Source: Chiloscyllium plagiosum (lineage: Eukaryota). Taken from it: a stretch of 64,000 nt of DNA. This document shows, piece by piece, positions 1-12,260 of this stretch (the first letter of the stretch is position 1; every line of letters starts with the position of its first letter). Location of the stretch: contig NC_057718.1 of assembly GCF_004010195.1 (NCBI RefSeq), positions 73,717,931 through 73,781,930 on the forward strand, given 5' to 3'. The notes beneath the pieces were generated by a model. That model was not told the DNA's origin and made no database searches. It saw only the letters and a list, made by a program, of their open reading frames with translations. The translations under genes were made by a program, and so were the position numbers.

Positions 1-533
1 GATGTTGCAACTGTACAGTACTTTGGTTAGGCCACATTTGGAGTACTGTGTGCAGTTCTGGTCGCCTCATTTTAGGAAAGATGTGGAAGCTTTGGAGAGG
101 GTGCAGAGGAGATTTACCAGGATGTTGCCTGGAATGGAGAATAGGTCGTACGAGGATAGGCTGAGAGTGCTAGGCCTTTTCTCATTGGAACGGCGAAGGA
201 TGAGAGGTGACTTGATAGAGGTTTATAAGATGATCCGGGGAATAGATAGAGTAGACAGTCAGAGACTTTTTCCCCGGGTACAACAGAGTGTTACAAGGGG
301 ACATAAATTTAAGGTGAAGGGTGGAAGGTATAGGAGGGATGTCAGGGGTAGTTTCTTTACCCAGAGAGTGGGTGGGGCATGGAATGTGTTGCCTGTGGGA
401 GTGGCAGAGTCAGAATCATTGGTGACCTTTAAGCAGCAATTGGATTGATACATGGATAGGTGCTTCAGCTAGGACAAATGTTCGGCACAACATCGTGGGC
501 CGAAGGGCCTGTTCTGTGCTGTATCGTTCTATG
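1..533 (+). mobile_element. CR1 LINE 3' end (ORF2 RT C-terminus + 3' UTR)
   Basis: ORF 2..448 has CR1 C-terminal motifs LVRPHLEYCVQFWSP and LERRRMRGDLIEVYK; tail gggccgaagggcctgttctgtgctgtat...ctatg. Confidence 0.93.
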
Positions 534-3500
534 TAGAACACACATCCTATAATTCTGGAGAGACGTCTGGAGAGAGATAAAGTACATCATTTTCATTGTT
601 GTACTCTGTTAGGAAAAGAGAGCAGTGGTGAATCTGGTGTCTAGTGGGTAAGATTGTATAATCAGTTCCTGGATTGTTGTCTGTAGTTGATAGGGTTCAA
701 ATTGGCAGGAGAACCTGGCTCCGTGGAATGCTCCTCCTGCAATATGTGGGAAATTTTCCGGTGTCCATGCTGACTACATATACACGAAGTGTGTTCAGCT
801 GCAGCTCCTGTTTCACTGTGGAGCACCTGGAGTTGCGGATGGACTCATTATAGCATATCCATGAGGCTGACAATGTTGTGGATATTACATTTAGGGAGTT
901 GGCCACACCATCAGTGATGGTTACACAGACAGAGAAGAGTTGGGTAACCACCAGGAAAATGAGTAGGCTTGGGCAAGTAGTGGAGGAATCCTTGAGGCCA
1001 TTCCACTCTCAAACAGTTATATCATTTGGATATTGTTGCTGGGGGATGGGGGGATGACCTCTCAGCAGCAGCGCCATCAATGGCACAATGACTAGTGCTG
1101 TTGTACAACAGGGAGAGTCAAAGTGTGTGTGAGCAATATTGATAGGGGATTCCGTAGTCAGAGGCACAGGTAAGTGTTTCTGTAGCTACAACAAGACTCC
1201 AGGATGGTGTGTTGCCTCTCTAGTGCCAGGGTCAAGGATGTCTCTGAACAGGCACAGGATATTCTGATGGGCAGGGTGAACAGCCAGAGGTTATGGCCCA
1301 TATTGGTACAATTGAAAGAGGGAGAAGGAAAGATGAGCTCCTGCAAAGTGACTTCAGGGAGTTAGGTAGGAAATTGAAAAGCAGAATCCCTAAAGTTATA
1401 ATCTCCGGATTACAAGTTGTGCTATGTGCATGTGCCACTAAAACTCAAAAGCAGAAGATAGTTTGTGGCGAAAGAGCTGTGTAGCATTGAGGGCTTCAGG
1501 TTTGTGGATCATTAGGATGTCTTTCAGGGCAGATGAGACTTGTACAAGAAGGACAAATTGCACCTAATCTGGAGGGGCACCAATAATCTTGGAGGGAGGT
1601 TTGCTTGTGCCGCTTGGGAGAATTTAAATTAGTGTCATAGTGGGGTGTGGGAAGTAGACAATAGGTTAGCAAGTAAAATGACCAAGGAGGAGTCAGATAC
1701 AAAGGCCAGTCAGACTAAGACAGGGAGATGTTAATGTGAGGAGTGGGTAAGGCAGATGAACTTAGAGCATGAATTAATAAACATTTTTTATTTATTCATG
1801 AAATGTGGGCATCACTGGCTAGATCAATACTTACCATCCATCCCTAATTGTCCAGATGGCAGTTAAGAATCAACCACTTTATTGTGGGTCTAGAGTCGTT
1901 TTTCAGGGAGATGGAGCTGAAAGAGGTGAGAGAGCTGTGTTATTGATAAGGGAGAATATCACAGCTAGTACTGAGGGAGGGCACCTCAGAAGGCTCATCC
2001 AGCAAGGCCACTTGGGTAGATCTCAGGGAAAGGAGGGGCGGAATCACTTAGATGGGATTGTACTACAGGCCTCCCAACAGCCAACAGGTGATAAAGGAAC
2101 AGATATGTGGACAGATTATGGAAAAGTGTAAAAACAAAGTGGTTGTAATGGTGGGTGATTTTAGCTTCTCTTGTGTTGACTAACACTCGTTTAGTGCCAG
2201 GGCTTAGGATGAGGGGGAATTTGTTAGATGTGTCAAGGATTTTTTTTGAAGTAACATGTAAATAATCCAACTTGAGAAGGGGCCATGATTGACCTGGAAT
2301 TGGGCAATGAGCTGATCTCAAGTCTCAATGGGGGAGCATTTCGAGAACAGTGATCATATTTCCATAAGTTTTAAGTTACTTATGGATCAGCACAAGAGTA
2401 GTCCTTGGATGAGAGTACTAAATCGGGGGAAGGCTAACAACCACAATATTATACAGGAACTGAGAAGTGTAGATTGGGAGTGGCTCTTTGAGGGTGAATT
2501 CACATCTGGCATGTGGGAATCTTTTAAAGAGTTCAGGACCAGCATGTTCCTATGAAAATGAAGGAAAAGGATAGCAAGATTCGGAAACCAGGGATGACAA
2601 GAGAAATTCAGAGTTAGTCAAAAAGAAACATGAGGCATTCATAAGGTAGATTGGGCAGATAGAGCCCTAAAACAATACAAACATAGCAAGAAGGAACTCA
2701 AACAGGAATTAGAAGGGCCAAAGGGGGCCATGAAATGTCTTTGGCAAACAGGATTAAGTAAAATCCCAAGGCATTTTATACTTATACAAGGAACAAGAGG
2801 GTAGCTAGGGAAAGGGTAGGTCCAATCAAGGACAAAGGACCATATTTATGTGTGGAGCCGGATGAAGTGAGTGAGGTCCTTAACAAATACTTTGCATTGG
2901 TATTCACAAAGGAGAAGATTCTGATGGATGGTGAATCTTGGAGAGGTATACTCTGTATTGACATTCTAGCACATGTCAATTCAAAAAAAGGAGGTGGTGT
3001 TGGGTAGTTTGAAAAGTATTAAGGTAGACACATCCTCACATTCTGATTGGATCTATCCAGAATGCAGATTGAGGCAAGAGAGAAAATTGCTGTGGCCTTG
3101 TATGATATCTTTGTAATCTTATTATCACAGGAGAGGTCTCAGAGGACTGGAGTATAGCTAATGTTGTTCCTTTGTTTAAGAAGAGCAATTACGATAATCT
3201 GGGAAATTACAGGCCGGGGATCCTTAGGTCAGCATTGGGAATATATTGGAGAAGATTCTTTGGCATAGGATTTACTCACATTTAGAATGAAATGAACTTA
3301 TTAGTAATAAGCAGCATGGTTTGTGTGGGGAAAGTTGTATCTCACAAAATTAAGAGATTTTTGAAGAAGTGATGAAGATGATTGATGAGAGCAGGGTGGT
3401 AGATTTTGTCTGTATGGACTTAGGCAAGGCTTTTGACAAAGTTCCTCATGGCAGGCTGATCCAAAAGGTGAAGTCACGTGGGATCCACAGTGAGCTGGTA

Positions 3501-3599
3501 CAATGGATATAAAATTGCCTTAATATAAGACAAAGAGTGATGGAAGGATGCTTTTCTGACTGAAGATCTGTGATCAGTGGTGTTCCACAGGAATCAGCG

Positions 3600-3999
3600 T
3601 GGAGCGTGGTGGTAGCCCAGTGCGGAGCATGGCGGTGGCAAATGAGCAGACCATGTGGAGGCCTTCTGTGCTGGTCTGCTGCAGAGAGCCCTTGGAGAGA
3701 GACTGCAATGTGTCTTTTTAACTTTGCTTCTTGTTGCTCTGACCTATACTGTGATTAGCTGTAATGTAATCTTCATTTTATTCTTCATTTCTTTAGTCTG
3801 TAACTAATGATTGTGTACCTAGATATCTGTACCAAAGATGGTGCCATATGTTGGTGACATTGTTACACTGTAACAAATCTTGTAACTGAAGAAGCTGTAC
3901 CTAGATACCATTGTAGTGAAGATGGCGCTATAAGTGATGACTTATAAACTCATTTGAGTACTCATTTGAGTACATGTGACAAAAAAGCTAATTCAATTC
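3600..3999 (+). mobile_element. Unclassified non-coding insertion with a Rex1/Babar-like 3' tail
   Basis: Interrupts CR1 RT just after GVPQ; ends gtacatgtgacaaaaaagctaattcaattc, resembling the Rex-type tail at 7857-7950 (- strand); internal duplication tgtacctagata...aagatgg. Confidence 0.55.
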
Positions 4000-4828
4000 C
4001 TGTTGTTTGTAATATATATAAATGATTTGGAGAAGAATGTTGGTGACCTGATTAGTAAGTTTAAGAACAAAGATTGCAGAAACTGTGGGTAGTGAGAACG
4101 ATTAGCAGAAGATACAACAGGATACAGATAGGCTAGAGACTTGAGCAAAGAAATAGCAGATAGAGTATAATCCAAATAAATGTGATGTGATGCATCTTGG
4201 AATATCTAATACAGGAGGGAAGTATATAGTAAATGGTAGAACCCTTAGTTGCAACAACATATAGATGGATCTAGGCATAAAGATCCATAGTTTCCTGAAA
4301 GTTGAAACACAAGTGGATAAGGTGGTCAAGAAGGCAAAAGGCATGCCAGCCTTTTTCAGTTGGGGTACAGAGTATAAAAATTGACAAGTCATGTTGCGGC
4401 TGTATAGAACTTTAGTTAGGCCAGATTTGAAATATTGTGTCCAGTTATGATCGCTACAGTACCAGAAATATGTAGAGACTTTGGAGAGGGTAAAGAAATG
4501 GTTTACCAGGACATTGCCTGGTATCTTAGCTATTGAAGTATCTTAGCTATGAGGAGAGATTGGACAAACCTGTTTTGTTTTCACCTGAACATCAAAGGAT
4601 AGGGGTCGATCTGATAGAAATTTATAAAATTATGACAAGCATCAATAGAATGGATAGTCTGTATTCTTCCCAAGGTAGAAATATCAACTTGAACGGATCA
4701 TAAGTTTAAGGTGAGAGGGGGAAAATTTAAAACAGATGTGTGAGGCAAGTACTTTATACAAAGGGTAGTGTCTGGAATGCACTGCCAGAGGACGGGGTGG
4801 AGGCAGATACAATAACAATGTTTAGGAG

Positions 4829-5083
4829 ATTAAAAATCACACAACACCAGGTTATAGTCCAACAGGTTTAATTGGAAGCACACTAGCTTCCAAAGTTTGA
4901 AACCTCAACATCCGCGTTTTTGCCTGCCGCGTTTTTGTCAGGTGACAATCAGGTGACAATCACCTGATGAAGAAGCGTTGCTCCGAAAGCTAGTGTGCTT
5001 CCAATTAAACCTGTTGGACTATAACCTGGTGTTGTGTGATTTTTAACTTTGTACACCCCAGTCCAACACCGGCATCTCCAAAT
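4829..5083. mobile_element. Short fold-back Penelope-type element (family B) with 12-bp TSD
   Basis: Arm 4831-4890 is the reverse complement of ~4987-5045; TSD aatgtttaggag at 4817-4828 and 5084-5095. Confidence 0.8.
4961..4995 (+). ncRNA. Minimal type I hammerhead ribozyme motif (family B)
   Basis: CAC-CTGATGA-A-GAAGC-GTT-GCTCC-GAAA-GCTA-GTG: core, stem II with one mismatch, palindromic AGCT stem III, CAC/GTG stem I. Confidence 0.7.
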
Positions 5084-6149
5084 AATGTTTAGGAGGCATT
5101 TGACACATATGAATAGGCAGGGGATAGAGGCATATGGATTGCATAGAGGCAAAAGGTTTCTAGTTTAGAAAGGATCATGTCTTGTTGCAGTCTTGGTGGG
5201 CTGAAGGTTACTGTTTTGTACTTTTTTTGTTCTTTGTGAATGAGTAAATAATTATGGGAAAGGGGAGAGGTCACATAATCAGAAGACCAAGCATAATTGG
5301 AAATAAAGTGAGGTGACAGGTCATTTCAACATGTAACAATGGAGTAAGAACAGATGATTTTAAATTATCCACCTATTAAACATTCGTCCAATTGTCCTTT
5401 CAATTGATATCAAGTAATAGGAAATTCAGTACAATAGGTAGATCATTGCTCATCATATACCTTCACTTAATGTCACTCTCAAAGTGAATGACGTCACTGT
5501 GGAAAAATCTGAATTGAGCAGGCAAAAACGCGGATGTTGAGGTTTCAAACTTTGGAAGCAATTGAACACAGAATGGAGTGAAATTTGACAGGTACTAGAT
5601 TCAAAATCACAATATTACATCAGTTGCCCATTACATGCCCCACCCGATACCCAATTCTTTCAATATCCGTGGATACTAATACTGGAAGCGGAGCTTGTTT
5701 GTAAGGGCGATTATTGTAAAACATTTTTACGGCCAAGGGAAAAGATCAGAAATGTAATGAACTGGTGGCAGTAGTTTATAGCCTCTGACTGTAGCTAATG
5801 ATGGGAGTAGCGTACAGGCTCTTTACAGCAGCTGTTTTGTAAGACAGAGAATAAATCATGAGATAATGAGGGTATAGGTCTTTCTACTATAATGTGCATT
5901 TCGTTAATGAGAATTCACCTTAGCACAATTGATGAATTGGTGACATTGTTTCCAAAGCACAAACTTTTAAAACATGTATTGGCTGTAATGCGAATACATT
6001 GCCTACACTTCAAGTGCTGTTTCTAAAGCGTAATTTTTCTACAATGCAGGGCTTCACAAGAACGTAATCATCACATTATAGAAGAACTACCTGTATGTAA
6101 AAAAGGTAGTTCCCTAATGATTGATAAGTGCAATCTTCATGTAGATTGA

Positions 6150-6925
6150 GAAAATCAAATTGAAAAAGGTGGTCATGAGGAAGAATTCATTCAATCTGTC
6201 TGGGGCAGTTTCTTGGAATGATAAGTTATGCATCCAACCAGGAATCAGACTATTTTGAATCTGGTAATATGTAATGCGGCATGTTTAATAAATTGTCTCA
6301 AAGTAAGAGAGGTGCCTCTGAATCAGTGATCCTAATATCGTAGAATTTAGCATTCAGTTTGAGATTGAGAAATTTGGTTTGGAAACAACTGTGCTTAAAA
6401 AAAAGGATAATTATATTGGGTGGTAAGGTGACTGAGTGATTAGCACGGCTACCTCACAGTACCAGGGACCTGGGCTTCATTCCAGCTTTGGGTCTGTCTG
6501 TATGGAGATTGCATGCTCTGAATGGTGCACCGTGCTTGGGGTTAAGGATAGTATCAAATTGAAAGAAAACGTGTACGTTATGGGAAGCCATAGGATAGAG
6601 TAAGTTTTAAAAGCCAACAGAGTATGAGCCGAGAAAAACCTGTAAGGACAAACTGAAATAATATCAAAATAGACAGCAAGAAATTCTTTAGATATATCAA
6701 AAGGAAAAGAGAGACAAAGTGAACATAAAGAATGTAACAGCAGAGCATTTGAAAAGACTAAGAAATAAAGTAGTGTCAGCATAGCGTCACAAAGGAGAAA
6801 TCATGCCTGACAAATTTATTACAGTTCTTTGAGAAGGTAACAAGCAGGGTCAATAAAGTGGAACTAGTGGATATAATATATTTGGATTTCCACAAGGCAT
6901 TCAACAAAGACCCACACAAACAGTG
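6150..6925 (+). mobile_element. Highly decayed CR1 ORF2 fragments with a degenerate SINE head (~6420-6510)
   Basis: APE-like ILNLV and SD remnants; RT VDIIYLDFHKAFNK at 6858-6910. Confidence 0.65.
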
Positions 6926-7856
6926 TTATCAGATTAGCCATGATCTCATCAAATGGCAGAGCAAACTCGATGGGCCAAAAGTCCTATTTCTGTGTTCTAC
7001 AGTGTGTAGTCTAATGGGTCAAACAAAGGTTCTGGAGAAACTTCTGGAGATATTTGCAATATGCTACAATTTACCCATCCACTGTTGTGCAAGCTTTGTG
7101 CTCCACAGAGTTACTACCAATCCCATAGAATGGAAACATCACTTTACTATCCTTTCTATCCTAGGAATAGTATTGCAGAGAAACTAACTAAGGTTAAAGA
7201 AATGGAATATACCACAGGAGACAAAAGGAATCAAATAAAGGTAAGGTGACATTATCAATCACCATTATTAAGAATGGACAAAAGTCCATCAACACCCGAG
7301 ATATGATGATGTTAAGGTACTTATCAAGCAATGCATCTGTGAGGGGACATTGCACTTACCAAATAAAAACACAACACCAAGTGGACCTTCATGATACATA
7401 ATTTTGTCATTGAGTTTCACCACCACAGGTTGTTTTTCTATGTAAAGTGCGAGGACTGTTAAAGTAATTTGGTAGTAGTCAGTAAGAGGCTTCTCAGTCA
7501 ACTCTGTAACATTAAGGCAAGGTGTTTCATTGCAGCAAAACAGTTTAACCAAATTTGGCTTCTGACAATATTACAAGTATACATGAGAATACAAAAGTGA
7601 ACAATGCAAGTGACAAGAGTAAGCTTGCCGAAAATATAAAAACTGACTACAAAAGCTTCTGTAGATATGTGAAGAGAAAAAGACTATTGAAGATAAATGT
7701 AGGCCCCTCAGAAGGGCCTACAGTTAGAATCAGGTGAATTCTTAATGGACAACAGAGATGGCAGATCAATTGAACAAATACTTTCGATCTGTCCAACGAG
7801 GAGGACACAAATAACCTTTCAGAAATGCAAGGGGATGGGGGGGGCGGGGTCAAGTA

Positions 7857-8508
7857 TGAATTGAATTGAATTGAATTTATTGTCATTTGTACCGAGGCAC
7901 ATTGAATTGAATTTATTGTCATTTGTACCGAGGCACAGTGAAAAGCTTTGTCTTGCGAGCAATACAAGCAGATCACAGAGTTAAGTATTATAGATACGTA
8001 AATAATAGGTAAACAGCAGCAAAAACAAAAATACAGGTATAGGCGAATGTTAAGGGTTTGTGAGTCCATTCAGTATTCTAACAACAATAGGGTAGAAACT
8101 GTTTCAAAACCGGCTGGTGCGTGTGTTAAGGCTTCTGTACCTTCTCCCAGATGGTAGAGGTTGTAGAAAAACATTGCCACTGTGGAATGGATCTTTGAGA
8201 ATGCTGGCGGCCTTTCCTTGACAGCGGGCCTGATAGATGGATTTTATAGATGGGAGGTTGCCCTTTCTGGGTAAAAACAAGGACTGCAGATGCTGGAAAC
8301 CAGAGTATAGATTAGAGTGGTGCTGGAAAAGCACAGCAGGACAGGCAGAAACCAAGGAGCATGAAAATCGAGAGCTGGAAGGTTGGAGCTGGGGTGAGGT
8401 GGGGGAAGGGGAAATGAGGAAACTGGTGAAATCCACCAGTTGCTCTTTCTGTTACTGTCTCCGATCTTGAATGGTGCAGTTGCCATACCAAGTAGTGATA
8501 CATCCAGA
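7857..8508 (-). mobile_element. Rex1/Babar-clade LINE 3' end inside a CR1 fragment (7600-8830), itself interrupted by a Penelope-type piece (8268-8440)
   Basis: LPSIKSIYQARC..KAASILKDPFHSGN.FLQPLPSGRRYRS..RTSRF and SGCITTWYGNCT; (TCAAT)n tail with a ~36-bp tandem duplication at 7866-7937. Confidence 0.82.
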
Positions 8509-8949
8509 AATAAATCCTTATCAGTCAGGAAATAATATTGGGGCAACTGTTGGAATTAAAACCCAACAAGTCCCTAGGGCACAATGCTCTGCATTCTGGA
8601 GTACTTAAGGAACTGGCCCTAAAAATAGTGGACACATTGGTGATCATTCTATAGGCTCTGGAAGAGTTCCCATGGACTGAAGGGTTGCTAATGTCATGCC
8701 GTTTTTCATAAAAAAAAGGAGTGTGAAAATGGAGTATTATAGTCTGGTTAGTCTGACATCAGGGGTGCAGAAAATGCTGGAGTCAATTATTAGGTGAGCA
8801 TTTGGAAAGCAGTGATAGGATGTTTCTAATACAAATACTGTAATTACCACAGTTTCTAAACCACAAAATGAAACTAAAACAACAAAGTCACAAAACAGAA
8901 TTCAAAAATGTAGACAAAAAAACATGAAATAGATGTTGTCATAGACAAG

Positions 8950-9153
8950 GTAGAGTCACCTTAGTCACCAGACTATGAGGCTGCTCTCTCATTGGAGAGA
9001 GAGTTGCCTGGTGACAGTTTAACAGGAAGCTCACCATGCCTCAGGTGAGGGGAGAGCTTGAAAAGGCGAGTCTTTCACAATCACCTCCATGGTATCGGAA
9101 TTGAACCCATGCTGTTGGCATCACTGTGCATTGCAAACTGGCTGTCCAGCCAA
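8950..9153 (-). mobile_element. tRNA-derived SINE (non-HE1 family), decayed
   Basis: B-box-like gggttcaattcc on the - strand at ~9097-9108, downstream of a tRNA-like head. Confidence 0.55.
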
Positions 9154-9374
9154 GAGGGAGTCATAGCCAAGAAGGAGTGTTAAAATTGAATACTTTTTCT
9201 GGTTGACCTATGCTGTTACATACCAGAGAGAAGAGGATTTAGCTTTTGTCCTGGTAATTGTTAATAAAATGGTTCAATAGCAACCATTTTAACTCCAACA
9301 AGAGTCATTTTTTAAAAAGGAAAATCTATTTAAACAAGATATAGCTTTCACAAAAAAAATTAGGATCTTCCTTT

Positions 9375-9810
9375 TTTATTGCATACAGTTCTGGTCACCA
9401 CACTACCAGAAAGATATGGATGGTTTGGAGAGGGTACAGAAAAGGTTTACCAGGATGTTGCCTGGTTGGGGAATTTTAGCTTTGAAGAAAGGCTGATAGA
9501 CTGGAAGACAGGATGCTGAGGGGTGGCCTAATAGAAGTTTATAAGATTCTGAATAGCAAGAATAGAATGCAAAGTATGAAGCTTTTTTCCCCAGGGTGGA
9601 GGGGTGGAGGAGTCAATTATTATGGGACACAGTTTCAAGGTGTGAGGGATGGGGGAGGGGGAATTTAAAAGAGAAATGCAAGGCAAGTTTTCACATAAAG
9701 GGTGGTGAGTGCTTGAAACATGCTGCCAGAGGAGATGGTGGAAGCAGACACAATAACAGCATTCAAGAAGCACCTGAACGAACACGTGAATTGGAAGGGA
9801 AGAGCCGTAT
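9375..9810 (+). mobile_element. CR1 3' fragment
   Basis: YCIQFWSPHYQK...RVQKRFTRMLPG, decayed. Confidence 0.85.
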
Positions 9811-10017
9811 TGCTCTTGTTCTTGTTCCTTCATGCCTTCTGGGCATGACAATATAGAAAATAGAGACAGAAATTGATAGCTAAAATTTTAAGTGCTGGTT
9901 CTGGGTGCATTAAAATTTTTTCTTACAATAAAATAGATGTCCATCTTGAACATCAAAGAAAATACAATTTAAAATTAAAGGCATTCAAAATGTCTCGTCC
10001 ATGCCTTTCTCACCCAT

Positions 10018-10248
10018 AGTCAAGAGTGTGGTGCTGGAAAAGCACAGCAGGTCAGGCAGCATCCGAAGAGTAGGAGAATTGACATTTCAAGCACAAGCCC
10101 TTCATCAGGAATGGAAGGCTCTTATGAAGGGCGTATGCCCGAAATGTCGATTCTCCTGCTCCTTGGAAGCTGCCTGACCTGCTCTGCTTTTCCAGCACCA
10201 CATTCTTGACTCTAATCCCCAGTATATGCAGTCCTCACTTTCTCTTCT
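10018..10248. mobile_element. Short fold-back Penelope-type element (family A) with 12-bp TSD
   Basis: Inverted arms meet at ~10110-10120; degenerate hammerhead cores on both arms; TSD tttctcacccat at 10006-10017 and 10249-10260. Confidence 0.8.
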
Positions 10249-10669
10249 TTTCTCACCCATTGTCCCATTCACCCATCATCATTGTACACATTGATGTACA
10301 CTGGGCAATCAGTCAAGCAATGCCTCTATTTTGGACCAAATTTGTCAAATTTATCTATGCCCTTGCTGCGTCTGTAACCTTCTCCAGTCTTACAACTCTC
10401 ATCTATTTGTAAGATTGTGAGCAGTTTAGATCCTCATACTTAAGAACAGATGGCCATGGAGGGGATCCAAAGGAATGAAAGAAGGGATGAAGGGCTTGTC
10501 ATGTGAGGAGAACTTGAGGATTCTGGCTCTGTACCAGATGGAGTTTAGAAGGATTAGGAGGGAATTGCATTCAAACTTATAAAATACTGAGATGCTGGGA
10601 TTGAGTGGAGAAGATGTTTCCTCTACCAGGAGAGTTAGGACCTAAGGGCATAGCGTCAGAGTAAGGGAC

Positions 10670-12260
10670 AAGAAGAACAAGGAACAAAGGAAAATACAGC
10701 ACAGGAACAGGTCCTTCTGCCCTCCAAGCCTGTGCCGACACATTTTGCCCTTCCAAACTAAACCTGTCTTCACTTACAGGATCCATACCCCTCTATTCTC
10801 TTCCTATTCATGTATTCATCCAGGTGTTTCTTGAATGCTGCTATTGTGCCTGCTTCCACCACCTTCTCTGGCAGCATATTCTCAGCACTCATCACCCTTT
10901 GTCTGTCGCCTTGCACATCTCTTTTAAACTTCATTGAACTTTGAACCTATGTCCCTTAGTACGTGACCTGGAGAAAGTGAGGACTGCAGATGCTGGAGAT
11001 CAGAGTCAAAACATGTGGCACTGGAAAAGGACAGCAGGTCAGCCCTTCACGATGGAGGACTTATGCCCGAAACGTCGATTCTCTTGCCCCTCAGAGGCTG
11101 CCTGACCTGCTGTGCTTTTCTAGCACCACACTTTTCAACTTAGTAATTGACACCTCCACCCTGGGAAAAAGCTTCATACTTTCCACTCTACTCATACCAC
11201 TCACAATCTTATAAACTTGCATCAGATCGGCACTCAACCTCCTGTGTTCCTGTGAAAACAAACCCAGTCTATCCAACCTTTCTTCAGAGTTAAAATTCCC
11301 CACATCAGGCAACATCCTGATAAATCTTTTCTGTACCCTCTCTAAAGCATCCACAGCCTTCTGGTAGTGTAGTGACCACTATTATGTGTATCGTCTGCAA
11401 ACTTACTAATTTGACCAGCTACATTTTCCTCCAAATCATTAATGTAGACTACAAACCTCAGAGGTCCTAGCAGTGATCCCTATGGAACACCACTAGTCAT
11501 AGTCCTCCATTCTGAAAAGCATCTTTTCTCAGCTAACCTCTGTTTCCTATGATTAAGCCAGTTCTGTATTCATCTTGCCAGCTCACCCAGATACGATTTG
11601 ACTTCACCTGTTGTACCAGTCTGTAATGAGGAACTTTATCAAAGGCATTACTGAATTCCATGTAGGCAGTAATGGAGTTTGCACGTTCTCCCCGTGTCTG
11701 CGTGGGTTTCCTCCGGGTGCTCCGGTTTCCTCCCACAGTCCAAAGATGTGCAGGTCAGGTGAATTGGCCATGCTAAATTGTCCGTAGTGTTAGGTAAGGG
11801 GTAAATGTCGTGGTCTGGGTGGGTTGTGCTTCGGTGGGTCGGTGTGGACTTGTTGGGCCGAAGGGCCTGTTTCCACACTGTAATGTAATCTAATCTAATA
11901 ATCTAATCTGTCAAACATCAACTGCTTTTCCATCAATCATCTTCGTCACCTCCTCAAATAATTTGTACAAGTCAGTGAGGCACGACCTCTGCCCTGCTCA
12001 AAACCTGTCTATCACTTATAAATCCATTTGCTTCTAAATGTATAGATCTTGTCTCTGAGAATCTTATCCAATAGTTTCCATACCACTAACGTGAGGCTCA
12101 CATGCCTGTAATTTCCTAGATTATCCCTGTTACCTTTCTGAAGCAATGGGAGAACATTGGCGAATCTTCAGTTCTCTGGGACCTCGCCTTTGGCCATATA
12201 GGACACAAAGGTGTCTGCCAATGCTTCAGCAATTTGTTCTCTTGCCTTCCTCAGTATCAT
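10670..12260 (-). mobile_element. CR1 RT/3' end with nested family A element (10970-11140) and HE1 SINE
   Basis: ORF 11091..11354 LERVQKRFIRMLP; YMEFSNAFDKVPH near 11640; 3' UTR at ~10670-10790. Confidence 0.85.

Larger units (their letters stand above)
560..5240 (+). mobile_element. Near full-length decayed CR1 LINE (ORF1 Zn-finger/SGNH esterase, ORF2 APE-RT) with nested insertions
   Basis: VECSSCNMWE at ~723; IGDSVVRG at ~1142; HIGT at ~1299; APE GDF and SDH motifs 2150-2360; RT KAFDKVPH ~3426 and GVPQ ~3579; C-terminus and 3' UTR to ~5240; many stops and frameshifts. Confidence 0.9.

Noticed and set aside
7857..7937. ~36-bp direct repeats resembling a CRISPR array
   Set aside because: Two adjacent units with no spacer; slippage in a LINE tail in eukaryotic DNA
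10018..10248. Fold-back elements as MITEs/DNA transposons or miRNA hairpins
   Set aside because: Arms are unequal, TSD length varies (8-17 bp) and inversion points differ between copies, which fits Penelope-type retrotransposition rather than TIR transposons
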